Shown in pieces: positions 51,354-61,197 of a DNA stretch of 64,000 nucleotides. Location: contig JABMNL010000028.1 in the NCBI GenBank assembly GCA_013204585.1, forward strand, positions 29,669 through 93,668, written 5' to 3'. The position numbers were made by a program, and so were the translations under genes. Source of the stretch: SAR202 cluster bacterium (GTDB lineage: Bacteria > Chloroflexota > Dehalococcoidia > Lucifugimonadales > UBA3495). The notes beneath the pieces were generated by a model. That model worked only from the letters and a program-made list of their open reading frames with translations. It was not told where the DNA came from and ran no database searches. The stretch's first letter is position 1. Each line of letters starts with the position of its first letter.

Positions 51354-53756
51354 TTAGGCCCGAAGTATGGCGTTTAATTCCCGTTCTAACGTCCGAAGCA
51401 GACCGTCCAACGAGCGGTTCACCTCTTCGTTAGTCAGTGTGCGGTCCCTGGCCTGAAAGTATACGTGAAATGCCAGGGACTTGGAGCCTGCGTCGATATT
51501 CTCACCGGCGTAGATGTCGAACAACTCGACGCGGTCGATCCCTCGGTGGCGCAGGATTAATTGGGTCACTCGCCCAGCCGTCACGTCGCTTGGAACCACC
51601 AGCGCTAGGTCGCGAGTTGCGGAGGGATATATGGGAAGTGGCTCGAACTGCCGCTGAGACGAGGGCAAAGCAGCCAATATAGGCGCTAGGTACAGTTCAA
51701 AGGCGGCTACCTGTGGTTGATTGAGACTCAAGCGCTCTTTAACGGCGGGGTGAATCTCGCCGACCATGCCCAGCACTGCCTTGTCCGCCTTGATGACCGC
51801 GCACCGTCCAGGGTGAAAACCCAGGTCGTCGGCCGATTCGTAGGTGGCAGCCACACCCAGCCGCTCCAACACGGACTCAACCACACCCTTGGCATCGTAG
51901 AAGTCCAGCAGACTTTCATCTTCCAGCCACGAAGGTTCATGGCGGAGCCCAGCCAGCACGACGGCGATGGTCTCGTGTTCTTCCGGGAGGTCACCTTTAC
52001 GGGGATGGAATGTTCTCCCGGCCTCAAACAACCGGAACGGCCCGGCGCTGTGTCCCTGGTTGGAAGCCAGATTAGCCAACACGCTGGCCCGTAGCGTGGT
52101 GCGCAGGTACTCGCGGTCGGAACTCATGGGATTGGCCATGCGCAGTGGCAGGGCCAATTGGTCTAGCTGTTCAACCTGTTCGAGTTGCTCCAGGGTCACC
52201 AACGGATAGTTGATTACCTCTTGGATTCCAGCAGCGGCTAACAGGTCTTTTATCTGATCCCTTAACCCCATGATTGGCATGGGTTGTTGGAAGGGGATGG
52301 GACTGGAGAGCATGGTGGTTGGAACGGCATCGTAACCGATGGTTCGCACCACTTCCTCAACCAAGTCTTCTTCGATGTTGACGTCGTTACGCCAGTAGGG
52401 CACGGTGACTTTCAACTCGCCTTTGCTTGCGGATTCCCAGGTGAACCCCAAGGCGTCCAAGGTCTCTTCGACCTGTTTTGCTGGCACTTCCATGCCCAGC
52501 ATCCGCTTGATTTTTTCGCTGGTCAGCGGCACAACGGGGGCATCAATACCCTCGTCAGAAATAATATCCACGATACCGGGGGCAACGGTCCCACCCGCCA
52601 CCTCTTGAATCAGCGCGGTAGCCCGGCGTAGGGCGATGGGCGCTAGCTCGGGGCGAAGTCCTTTCTCAAACCGTAGCGTGGCCTCAGTGCGCAGTTCCAT
52701 CGACTGAGCGGTTTCACGGTTGTTCGACCCGTTGAAGGTGGCTGCCTCCAACAGAACATTCACGGTGCCGTCGCTTATCTCGCTATTGGCCCCACCAATA
52801 ACCCCGCCAAGGCCAATAGGGTCGTTGGCGTCGGCGATAACCAGGTTTTCGGCGCTCAGCTTGCGTTCCGCGCCGTCCAGGGTCGTTAGCGTCTCACTTG
52901 GCTTGGCGCGCCGAACGATGATGGTGGCGTCTTTAATCAGGTCAAAATCGAATGAATGCAGCGGCTGGTTGTACTCCAGCATGACAAAGTTGGTGACGTC
53001 CACGACGTTGCTAATTGGCCTCAGGCCAGCGCTGGTCAGCCGGTCTTGCAACCACTGGGGTGAAGGCCCAATTTTGACGCCTTGAATCAGGCTGGCGGTA
53101 TAACGGCGGCACAGCTCTGGATTGGCGACGCTAATGTTTATCTGTTCGATGATTGGCGCGCCCGATTCTTTGTAGTCGGCGACCGGTTCTTTGACCTTCT
53201 TGCCAGTGAGAGCCGCCACCTCATGGGCCACACCCAAGATTGACAGGCAGTCCAGGCGATTGGGAGTCAGTTCCAAGTCCAATACCGTGTCGCCCAAATA
53301 GTCGTTGAGTAGTGCGCCGGTGGGGGCATCCTCTGGGAGTTCAATGATGCCAGAGTGGTCATCACCCAGACCCAGCTCCAACCCGGAGCAAATCATCCCC
53401 TGGGACTCGACACCGCGTATTTTGGCGACCGCCAAGGGTTCATGCCGCTCGGTGTGGGTGTTGTAGAGATTGGCCCCAATTTTGGCGAAGCAGACCTTCA
53501 GCCCGGTTGCCACGTTGGGCGCACCGCAGACCACTTCCATCTCTTCGGTACCGGTGGTCACCACGCAGAGGCGCAGGCGATCGGCATTGGGGTGAGGGCG
53601 AACGTCGGTTACTTGCCCGACAAAGACCTCGTTCCAGCCGCCAATAACCTCGACCTCGCCAACCTCGATACCCGCCATGGTCAGCCGGTGGGCCAATTCT
53701 TGGGCCGGGATATCAACGTCTACGTATTGTTTAAGCCAGCTAAGGGGCAATCTCAT
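51354..53756 (-). CDS. pheT: Phenylalanine-tRNA ligase beta subunit
   Basis: Start chosen at MRLPLSWLKQYVDV. tRNA-binding, B3/4, B5 and FDX-ACB regions are recognisable. Confidence 0.9.
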   Translation of the reverse strand: MRLPLSWLKQYVDVDIPAQELAHRLTMAGIEVGEVEVIGGWNEVFVGQVTDVRPHPNADRLRLCVVTTGTEEMEVVCGAPNVATGLKVCFAKIGANLYNTHTERHEPLAVAKIRGVESQGMICSGLELGLGDDHSGIIELPEDAPTGALLNDYLGDTVLDLELTPNRLDCLSILGVAHEVAALTGKKVKEPVADYKESGAPIIEQINISVANPELCRRYTASLIQGVKIGPSPQWLQDRLTSAGLRPISNVVDVTNFVMLEYNQPLHSFDFDLIKDATIIVRRAKPSETLTTLDGAERKLSAENLVIADANDPIGLGGVIGGANSEISDGTVNVLLEAATFNGSNNRETAQSMELRTEATLRFEKGLRPELAPIALRRATALIQEVAGGTVAPGIVDIISDEGIDAPVVPLTSEKIKRMLGMEVPAKQVEETLDALGFTWESASKGELKVTVPYWRNDVNIEEDLVEEVVRTIGYDAVPTTMLSSPIPFQQPMPIMGLRDQIKDLLAAAGIQEVINYPLVTLEQLEQVEQLDQLALPLRMANPMSSDREYLRTTLRASVLANLASNQGHSAGPFRLFEAGRTFHPRKGDLPEEHETIAVVLAGLRHEPSWLEDESLLDFYDAKGVVESVLERLGVAATYESADDLGFHPGRCAVIKADKAVLGMVGEIHPAVKERLSLNQPQVAAFELYLAPILAALPSSQRQFEPLPIYPSATRDLALVVPSDVTAGRVTQLILRHRGIDRVELFDIYAGENIDAGSKSLAFHVYFQARDRTLTNEEVNRSLDGLLRTLERELNAILRA

Positions 53757-53816
53757 GAATCTAAATGGTCCTGAAAAGTAACTTGGGCACCCGGCCACGC
53801 CGGAACGGGTAGGCTA

Positions 53817-54920
53817 TTAAAATTGACGCAAGAACCGAAGGTCGTTGGCGTAGAAATGCCGGATGTCGTCGATACCGTATTTCAGCATTGCAATGCGTTC
53901 CGGGCCCATGCCAAAGGCGAACCCGGTGTATTTCTCGGTGTCGTAACCCACACCCTCAAGCACCTTGGGATGAATCATCCCGGCGCCCATTATCTCAATC
54001 CAGCCGCTGTCCCGGCAGATGCGGCAGCCTTCGCCATCGCCATCGCAGGCGAAACAATCGATGGACATATCCACGCCGGGTTCTACGAAGGGGAAGTAGT
54101 CACAACGGAAGCGTATCTTACGTTCCTCGCCAAACATTCTGCGGGCGAATTCGTAAAGGGTGCCCTTGAGGTCGGCAAAGGTGATTCCCTCGCCAACGGC
54201 CAGACCCTCTACCTGGTAGAAATGCCATTCGTGGGTGGCGTCTGTCGCCTCGTACCGATAGCACTTGCCTGGCACGACTACCCTGATGGGCGGCTCCCGA
54301 CCTTCCATGACCCTGGCCTGCATGGGCGAGGTGTGGGTCCGAAGCAGCATGTTGCTACCGCCCGATGGGTCCTGATTGTCGACCCATAGCGTGTTCCACA
54401 TGTCCCGGGCCGGGTGGCCTTTGGGGATGTTCAACATCTCGAAGTTGTAATGGTCCCACTCGACCTCCGGGCCTTCGACAACGCCAAAGCCCATGGCTAC
54501 GAAGGCGTCGCAAATCTCCCGGACTATCTTGGTCGTGGGGTGAAGGCGGCCTCCCAAAGCGGGGCGACCGGGGAGGGTAACATCCAATCGGCCCTGATTG
54601 GCGGATAAATCCAAGGCCGCCACATTAATCTGGCGCACTCGTTCTTCCAGTCGTTCTTCCAGGGTGTTCTTGGCCTGGTTGGCCAGGGCGCCAATGGTCC
54701 GGCGCTCCTCCACGTCCAGGGACGCCAGTCCGCGCAGAACCGTTGTCAGGCTGCCCCGGCGGCCCAGATACGAAACGCGCCATTGGTCCACGGCTTCTAG
54801 ATCGGCTAGGGTGTCCAGCTCGGCCGAGGCCGAGCCGATAAGTTCATCGATGCTCTGCGCCGTTGGTGGCTGGGTCGAAGGTTCGGTCAATCGGGATCTT
54901 CCTCCAGGGGTAGTTGCCAA
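53817..54920 (-). CDS. pheS: Phenylalanine-tRNA ligase alpha subunit
   Basis: Class II core motifs are present (HPARDMWNT, LLRTHTSPMQAR, FRCDYFPFVEPG, GAGMIHPKVL). The exact start is uncertain. Confidence 0.9.
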   Translation of the reverse strand: MATTPGGRSRLTEPSTQPPTAQSIDELIGSASAELDTLADLEAVDQWRVSYLGRRGSLTTVLRGLASLDVEERRTIGALANQAKNTLEERLEERVRQINVAALDLSANQGRLDVTLPGRPALGGRLHPTTKIVREICDAFVAMGFGVVEGPEVEWDHYNFEMLNIPKGHPARDMWNTLWVDNQDPSGGSNMLLRTHTSPMQARVMEGREPPIRVVVPGKCYRYEATDATHEWHFYQVEGLAVGEGITFADLKGTLYEFARRMFGEERKIRFRCDYFPFVEPGVDMSIDCFACDGDGEGCRICRDSGWIEIMGAGMIHPKVLEGVGYDTEKYTGFAFGMGPERIAMLKYGIDDIRHFYANDLRFLRQF

Positions 54921-55066
54921 TCGGCAGGGTCGGAAACAGGCACGAACAAATCACGCCCGCGACAAGCAATTATAGGAACCGTCAAATCAAGGGTCAAGGC
55001 AGCCAAGCTCCTGCAGCCTGGGTTATGGCCGAAAAATGGTCGTGGCTGACACAGAATCATTGTATT

Positions 55067-55080
55067 AGAACATTTGTTCT
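55067..55080. promoter_or_regulatory. Candidate LexA operator (Cheo-box type, GAAC-N4-GTTC)
   Basis: A perfect 14-bp palindrome AGAACATTTGTTCT sits between a TTGTAT (-35-like) and a TAACTT (-10-like) element, about 95 nt upstream of the 55176 ORF. Confidence 0.5.
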
Positions 55081-55175
55081 GATAACTTAGCTCTATTACT
55101 TACGGAGCAGACGTGCTCTAAGTCTATAACACCCCAGACCGCAAACTTAATGGGACAGACCTGAACGGATGAATC

Positions 55176-55478
55176 GTGAACTGGTTTAGGCTAAAGACCT
55201 GCATAAAATGTCAGGGCGACTTGGCGTCGGACAACAATGACTGGATTTGCCTACAGTGCGGCACTTACTACTATACCGGTTTGTACCAGTTAGACCCTCA
55301 CATTGAAGACGGCCCGGACGACGGCCCGCAAATCACGAATCTCTGTGTTTCGGGGCAGCCACCTGAGCGGCCCAAGCAAAAACTTTTGGGCAGTCTAGCC
55401 ACTCCTCGGTTTGCAGCTACCCAATCTTCCAAGGTAGCCGTCGAGGTAGCCGTTTTTAACGCAGTGGCGGCGCTATGA
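55176..55478 (+). CDS. Hypothetical zinc-ribbon protein
   Basis: 100-aa ORF (GTG start) with CIKC...x15...CLQC. It overlaps the next gene's start. Confidence 0.45.
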   Translation: MNWFRLKTCIKCQGDLASDNNDWICLQCGTYYYTGLYQLDPHIEDGPDDGPQITNLCVSGQPPERPKQKLLGSLATPRFAATQSSKVAVEVAVFNAVAAL

Positions 55479-55966
55479 CGACCGCGCCTGGTCGCCCGGT
55501 GCTGCTGGCCCTGGACGCAGGCGTCCGGGAAACGGGATGGGCGGTGTTCAGGGATGGCCAGGTGATTGAAAGCGGGGTTGCCGGACTCAAGTCACGGCAG
55601 AAATTGGAACCAGAGGTCCGAATACGCCACCTGATTGAGTCGCTCAGTGAGCTGGCCGTCCGATGGAGCCCCCAAGTCGTGGCCCTTTCCCAGCCCAGCG
55701 GCATCAACTGGCCTGTGCCAGCATTGGACTTGCTAGTGTCGTCATTGAGCCAGTGGACTTCGGAACGTAACCTTCCCCAATTTTCTTATACAGCCCAAGA
55801 GGTTAGAGCAGCCATCGCCGGGCATCCCAACGCCTCTCGAGACCAACTTGGGTACGCCATCATGCTGTTGTTGGGGTTAATTGGACAGGGACGCTCCACC
55901 CACGAATGGGAAGCCATCGCCGTTGGGCATTACCACCTAACCCATAGGGAGCAGACGCCCGCCTAG
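55475..55966 (+). CDS. RuvC-like (RNase H-fold) nuclease family protein, divergent active site
   Basis: Collinear by eye with RuvC: LLALDAGVRETGWAVF versus ILGIDPGSRVTGYGVI, and C-terminal EWEAIAVGHYH versus ADALAIAITH. The position of catalytic Glu66 reads Ser. Confidence 0.45.
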   Translation: MTTAPGRPVLLALDAGVRETGWAVFRDGQVIESGVAGLKSRQKLEPEVRIRHLIESLSELAVRWSPQVVALSQPSGINWPVPALDLLVSSLSQWTSERNLPQFSYTAQEVRAAIAGHPNASRDQLGYAIMLLLGLIGQGRSTHEWEAIAVGHYHLTHREQTPA

Positions 55967-56493
55967 TGGTCTAGTTGGTCGGGGTAGACTTTCTCACCGG
56001 CCCTGACTGCCACCGAAAGCCGGTTCTCGGCAGGGGCAATGGGGCAACTCCATTGGGGGTTATAGGCACAGTAGGGGTTGTAAGCGTAGTTGAAGTCCAA
56101 CACCAAACGCCCGTCTCCAGTGTCGGATAGGTCTAGGTAGCGGCCGGTGGCATAAGACTCATTGCCGGTGGTGGCGTCCTTGAACGGCAGGAAATACTCG
56201 CCTCCGTCCACGTCTTTGTATACCGTCAGGGCCAAGGCCACGCCATCAATCTCGAATTTAAATTGGCCCCACCGCAAATGGGGCGCTGAGTCTCCGGTAC
56301 TAGTGGCAATCTCGATTACTTCTTTCTCGCCCTCCGAAAACTCCTCCACGGTCAGCAAAAACTGTAGCTCCGGGTCTTCCGGAAAGTACTCCAATCCTGC
56401 AAATCGTTTCCGCTGCTCCGGGGTCAGCGGTGAATCATCGCTGCCTCCAAAGTATTGGTCTTTCTTCTTCCTGAATTCTTCAATTTCTGACAT
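55963..56493 (-). CDS. DUF1684 domain-containing protein
   Basis: N-terminus FRKKKDQYFGGSDDSPLTPEQRKRFAGLEYFPEDPELQF matches the DUF1684 pattern as I recall it. Confidence 0.6.
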   Translation of the reverse strand: MSEIEEFRKKKDQYFGGSDDSPLTPEQRKRFAGLEYFPEDPELQFLLTVEEFSEGEKEVIEIATSTGDSAPHLRWGQFKFEIDGVALALTVYKDVDGGEYFLPFKDATTGNESYATGRYLDLSDTGDGRLVLDFNYAYNPYCAYNPQWSCPIAPAENRLSVAVRAGEKVYPDQLDH

Positions 56494-56712
56494 TACATTA
56501 TCTGGCCCCCTGGCGCCTTCTTGGCCTGCTTAAATCGTTCTTTAATTATGATGCACCAACCGAGGTTTTGGTTCGGCCAAGTTGGGCCAGAGAACAGGCG
56601 ATGCCAGGCGTGTATAATAAGGCCTGCTCCAGACCGGCAGGTCTAAGCGCAACATTAAACTGCGAATTAAAGCGTCCCCAAGCTGCACGAACCCGATACC
56701 TGTGGAGGTTCC

Positions 56713-57105
56713 ATGCCCATCATTCAACGGCCCTATGTTCCCCCAGAAGACCAGGTGCCCAAAGAAGATTCTTACGTGAACCCGGGCGAAAGCGCCGTCA
56801 GCGGTAAAAACGACGAAGACGCATCCCTTGACCCCATCACGTTCTATAGCGACTCGATGCACATCTTCAGCAGCCTGTATTCTGCCGTGCTGTTTTTCGG
56901 AGAACAGATGGAGGAGCGGGAGCCGATACTGCGGGCCCGCATCAAGGTTAGCCCCCAAATGCTCAAGGCGATTGCCCTGCTTACCGCCAAACACGTGAAG
57001 GAATACGAAGACGCGGTTGGTCCCATCAATCTGCCGGACCAGGTCTACGCGGCCTGGGAGTTGGAAGGCTCAGGAGAGGGAGAACACGGTCATGCCGCAG
57101 GATGA
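56713..57105 (+). CDS. DUF3467-like protein
   Basis: FYSDSMHIFSSLYSAVLFFGEQ...RIKVSPQMLKAIALLTAKHVKEYEDAVGPI resembles the DUF3467 pattern. Confidence 0.45.
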   Translation: MPIIQRPYVPPEDQVPKEDSYVNPGESAVSGKNDEDASLDPITFYSDSMHIFSSLYSAVLFFGEQMEEREPILRARIKVSPQMLKAIALLTAKHVKEYEDAVGPINLPDQVYAAWELEGSGEGEHGHAAG

Positions 57106-57610
57106 TGGGAATGACGCCCAGCCACTAGATGACCGACCCCTGGCCGAGGACATTACCACACCGGTGGAGATTCAACCTGGGCTGGACCGGGCCACTCCAG
57201 ACGACTGGACATGGAGCAATACGTCGACCAGTCAGCCCAACGCCGCTGTCTTCCACATCAGCCATTCCGAGTCCACACGGGTATTAATTGACTCGATTGG
57301 CCCCTCGGACAGCGCGCCTGACGCCAACTTCGTGTTGAAAAAAGAAATTCCCATCGTGGTATTGGACAGCCTGGATAGCTACTGGGCCGGGGAATCGCAC
57401 ACCCAAATGCCATTGGCCGGAATCAGGGTGCCGGTTGAAGGAGACACAGTAGATGCAGCGAAGAAAGCGTTGGCTGCGGATCTAGCGGCCCAATTACGCT
57501 TGCTGCTGCTGCTGTCTAGCTCTCACAAAGGAAGAATTGCACCGGCGCTGCTGGCAAATCTGGAGTACCTGTCTTCGTGCATGGAGCCGAACCCCACGGC
57601 CCAAAAGTAG
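57092..57610 (+). CDS. Hypothetical protein
   Basis: Start chosen at ATG 57092 (GGAGA upstream), overlapping the preceding gene by 14 nt. No family recognised. Confidence 0.4.
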   Translation: MPQDDGNDAQPLDDRPLAEDITTPVEIQPGLDRATPDDWTWSNTSTSQPNAAVFHISHSESTRVLIDSIGPSDSAPDANFVLKKEIPIVVLDSLDSYWAGESHTQMPLAGIRVPVEGDTVDAAKKALAADLAAQLRLLLLLSSSHKGRIAPALLANLEYLSSCMEPNPTAQK

Positions 57611-57626
57611 CTAACGCGTAGAAAAG

Positions 57627-59336
57627 TTAATCCGCCGCAGCCGCTAGGCGTTTTCGAACATCTGCCAGCACGCCGGCCAGCGGCACACTGCCAGCCTCAG
57701 ACTCAGTACGTCCCTTTACCTCGGCCATCCCGTTCTTCAAGTTACGGGGACTGACCACCAGCCTCACCGGCAGACCCATCAAGTCGGCGTCGTTAAACTT
57801 CACGCCTGCCGCCGAGTCTTCCCGGTCGTCGTACAGCACTTCGATGCCCCCCGCCTCTAGTTCCTTGTATAGCTGGTCTGCAGCCTCGGCTACCGCTTGG
57901 TCGGCAAGATTCAACCCCACAAGGTGGACCTGATACGGGGCAATCGAAGCCGGGAACACAATGCCTTTTTCGTCGTTGCTCTGCTCTATCGCCGCAGCCA
58001 GCAGCCGACCCACACCAATTCCGTAGCAACCCATGATGATTGGGTGTTGCTGCCCTTCACTGTCTAGGAACATCGCACCAAGGCTCTCACTAAAGAACGT
58101 TCCAAGCTTGAAGATATGCCCGACTTCAACGCCCCGCGTAGATTCCAGGGCGTGTCCGCAACGTACACAAAGCTGCCCTGGCTGGGCCAACGCTATATCA
58201 GCCACGATGTCGGCCTTGAAATCTCTTGGGTAGTTGGCGGCCTTGAAATGGGTGTCCGCCTTATTTGCCCCTACCACGAAGTTGTTGCCCTTGGTTATCG
58301 ATACGTCGGCTACATGCTTGATCCCGCTAAGCCCAACGGCTGATGCAGAACCGGCAACCAGACCCGCAGCTTTGACCTCGTGGTCTTCCGCCAACCGCAG
58401 ATCATGGGATTGGATGGCATTCTTCAGCTTGGTTTCATTCACGTCCAGGTCGCCCCGGATGGTGACGAATAGTGGCGCGCCGTCGGATATGTAGAAAACA
58501 GCTTTTAGCGTCTTCGACTCGGGTATCTTGAGAAACTCGGCCAGCCCGGCGATGGTTTTCAGGCCCGGAGTGCTAATCTCTTCCAGCGCTTCTTCCGGCT
58601 CGGCGGGGACTTCAGCGTAGTTGGACTCGGCCTTTTCAGCGTTGGCGGTGTAAGAACATGATGAACAGGTGATAACCGTGTCCTCTCCGGTCTCGGTGGC
58701 GAGCAGAAACTCGTGGGAGTCTTTGCCGCCGATGGCCCCGCTGTCGGCCTCGGCCATCAACACCGGGATGCCGCAACGCCGGAAGATGTTGTGGTAGGCC
58801 TGGGCCATGGCCTGATAGCTTTCGTCGAGACTGGCATCGTCGGCGTTGAAGCTATAGGCGTCTTTCATATCGAATTCCCGCACGCGAACCAGACCGGCCC
58901 TGGGACGGGGTTCGTCACGGAACTTGGTCTGAATTTGGTACAAGATGAGCGGCAAGTCCCGGTAACTCTGGACATTGGCCTTGACCACGTTGGTGACGAC
59001 TTCCTCGTGGGTTGGCGCCAACACCATGGGACGCCCTCTGCGGTCTTCAAAAGAGAATAGATTGTCCCCGAAGGCTTCCCGTCGGCCCGTTTCTTCCCAC
59101 AGTTCCTGGGGCTGGAGCGCGGGCATCAATAACTCCTGACCGCCGACTGCATCTATTTCTTCCCGGATTATGTTTTCAATCTTGCGCAACGACCGCAGGG
59201 CCAACGGCAGGTAGGTATAGACCCCCGAAGCCACCTGATGAATTAGTCCGGCGCGAAGCAAAAGCCGGTGACTCGCGGTTTCGGCTTCGGGCGGGTCGTC
59301 TCGCAGCGTCTTGGATAACATCCGGGAGAATCTCAT
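57627..59336 (-). CDS. proS: Proline-tRNA ligase (bacterial type with INS editing domain)
   Basis: 569-aa ORF. It starts MRFSRMLSKTLRDDP..HRLLLRAGLI and has class II motifs and a C-terminal anticodon-binding domain. Confidence 0.9.
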   Translation of the reverse strand: MRFSRMLSKTLRDDPPEAETASHRLLLRAGLIHQVASGVYTYLPLALRSLRKIENIIREEIDAVGGQELLMPALQPQELWEETGRREAFGDNLFSFEDRRGRPMVLAPTHEEVVTNVVKANVQSYRDLPLILYQIQTKFRDEPRPRAGLVRVREFDMKDAYSFNADDASLDESYQAMAQAYHNIFRRCGIPVLMAEADSGAIGGKDSHEFLLATETGEDTVITCSSCSYTANAEKAESNYAEVPAEPEEALEEISTPGLKTIAGLAEFLKIPESKTLKAVFYISDGAPLFVTIRGDLDVNETKLKNAIQSHDLRLAEDHEVKAAGLVAGSASAVGLSGIKHVADVSITKGNNFVVGANKADTHFKAANYPRDFKADIVADIALAQPGQLCVRCGHALESTRGVEVGHIFKLGTFFSESLGAMFLDSEGQQHPIIMGCYGIGVGRLLAAAIEQSNDEKGIVFPASIAPYQVHLVGLNLADQAVAEAADQLYKELEAGGIEVLYDDREDSAAGVKFNDADLMGLPVRLVVSPRNLKNGMAEVKGRTESEAGSVPLAGVLADVRKRLAAAAD

Positions 59337-59619
59337 ATTTGGACAATGCCTCTCTTGGGGGTTCTTATGGTGTGTTTAAATCCGGCCAGCCGGAGCCAAT
59401 ACATTATAACGACTGACGGTGGGATAGCGACTGACAATAGAAATGCCCTTATAGGCCTTGAGAAGGCCGTAGCTGTGTCGGTGACCCTTCCAACACCTAG
59501 ATGGTTCTGAATCGGGTTTTATCTGGCGAGAGGGCTTCTACGGGTAAAGGCCGTGGCGCAATCTTTGGTATAAGACTTTGATATGATTCCGGAAGAAGTA
59601 GAGACGGCAATACGCATTT

Positions 59620-60474
59620 ATGAATATGAAACCAGACTCTTCCCACCAGGAACAAATCGACGATGCTGTGGTAGAGAGCTATTTTGATGGTGCAGGCGGA
59701 ACAAATGCCGCCTCAATGAGCATGATGGCTCACGGGCACAACTTACCCTCAAATTCAGTCGCCCAACGGCTAGCCAACGAGCAAAGAACTATTGGCAAAT
59801 GGCTCGCTACGGTGCCTGACTCCGGAAGGATACTCGATGTTGGCTGTGGCGCTGGGGCCTGGGTAGAGATTTTCGCCAATCGCTACGACAGCGTCATTGG
59901 AGTCGAGCGAAGCCAGCTAATGGTCGATGCGGCGAGAATTCGAGTCAGCCATCTGGCCAATGCTCAGATTCTAAGCGGTGATGGGCGAAAAGACTTACCA
60001 GAAGGGCCCTTCGATATGATATTCGTGGGCGGCCTTTTCATGTATCTCAACGACTCAGACGCGGTCTCACTTCTTCAAGCCTTGAAAGACCGCCTTAGCT
60101 CTGGCGGCTCGATTATTCTCCGTGAATCGACAGTGCGGACAGGAGCGTTGTTAGCCAAAGGCGAGTACCAAGCAATCTACCGCAGCGTGGACTTGTACCA
60201 GAATCTATTCCAAGAGGCCGACATCACTTGTCTGGAGGTCCAACAAAACGCTGGCTACAGGAATATGGTGATTGCCGAGGAAATAGTAAGTTTTCGCCGT
60301 AAATGGCTGCCCTTCTTGCCCAAGGATTCTGCTTTGCTGGGCAACCTTACATGGTGGGCATTAAGAGGGATTGCGCCAATTAGCTTCGGGGCATTGCCAA
60401 AGGCTTTGTCGGTAGTAAATGTCCCATGGCCTCGGCTGCAGAACCACTTCTTCTTGCTGCAACTCGCCAGTTAA
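59620..60474 (+). CDS. Class I SAM-dependent methyltransferase
   Basis: Motif I ILDVGCGAGAW and post-I/II pattern DMIFVGGLFMYL. 284 aa. Confidence 0.7.
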   Translation: MNMKPDSSHQEQIDDAVVESYFDGAGGTNAASMSMMAHGHNLPSNSVAQRLANEQRTIGKWLATVPDSGRILDVGCGAGAWVEIFANRYDSVIGVERSQLMVDAARIRVSHLANAQILSGDGRKDLPEGPFDMIFVGGLFMYLNDSDAVSLLQALKDRLSSGGSIILRESTVRTGALLAKGEYQAIYRSVDLYQNLFQEADITCLEVQQNAGYRNMVIAEEIVSFRRKWLPFLPKDSALLGNLTWWALRGIAPISFGALPKALSVVNVPWPRLQNHFFLLQLAS

Positions 60475-60485
60475 AAAGCCAGCGG

Positions 60486-61154
60486 TTATTCCGTCCAAAT
60501 GATATATGTGTACGCTGCGGTCAAGATTAAGACGTACGCGGTAACGACGTAATACCACCGACCTTCCAATTTGCCCATTCGAAACGGCGCAACGTGTAAG
60601 TACGCCAAAACCAACACCGTAACGTAGAGCACGGCAGCAAATATGTCGCTGTTGATTATTGTGTGCAACAAGAACACCGCTGAAATGACAAGCGGTGAGT
60701 TGTCGATGGTTAGACCGGCGTGGGCACCGTTTTTATCGAGTCCGTAAACATCGAAGTAAGCAAGGCGAAGAACCCCTGCCACGACTATGGCCAGCGCCCC
60801 TGGGTAGAACCACGGACTGAAATTCCCGACGCTGAGCAGCAGAATTGCCGGCCCCACCGCCGACGTCACCATATCAACCAACGAATCCATACGGGCGCCA
60901 AATTGTTTTTGTGACTCGGTCCTGTTCGGCATGCTTCTAGCGACCAAGCCGTCGAACCAGTCCATCAAAACAGCCCAAAGAATCGCAATTATCGCGGCTG
61001 GAAAATTCTGATTCAGCGCGAAGTAGATGGCCAGCAGCCCACCACTAAGCCCGAGCAGTGTGACAATGTTGGCCCGATCAACGACAAACGACAGGATATC
61101 CGGCAATCGCGTTTCGTCGCCTGGTTCACCGCCGAGTACTCTAGGCTCTGTCAA
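60486..61154 (-). CDS. CDP-alcohol phosphatidyltransferase family protein (PssA-like motif)
   Basis: DWFDGLVARSMPNRTESQKQFGARMDSLVDMV fits D-x2-DG-x2-AR-...-G-x3-D-x3-D. Polytopic, 222 aa. Confidence 0.8.
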   Translation of the reverse strand: MTEPRVLGGEPGDETRLPDILSFVVDRANIVTLLGLSGGLLAIYFALNQNFPAAIIAILWAVLMDWFDGLVARSMPNRTESQKQFGARMDSLVDMVTSAVGPAILLLSVGNFSPWFYPGALAIVVAGVLRLAYFDVYGLDKNGAHAGLTIDNSPLVISAVFLLHTIINSDIFAAVLYVTVLVLAYLHVAPFRMGKLEGRWYYVVTAYVLILTAAYTYIIWTE

Positions 61155-61197
61155 TTTCCCCTCTTTTTGTTTAATAGCAAACCAAAAGTTAACCGGC

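Noticed and set aside
54921-55066. T-box or other leader riboswitch upstream of pheS
   Set aside because: I could not find a specifier-loop or T-box consensus (AGGGUGGNACCGCG-like) or a terminator/antiterminator pair by eye. This would need an Rfam scan.
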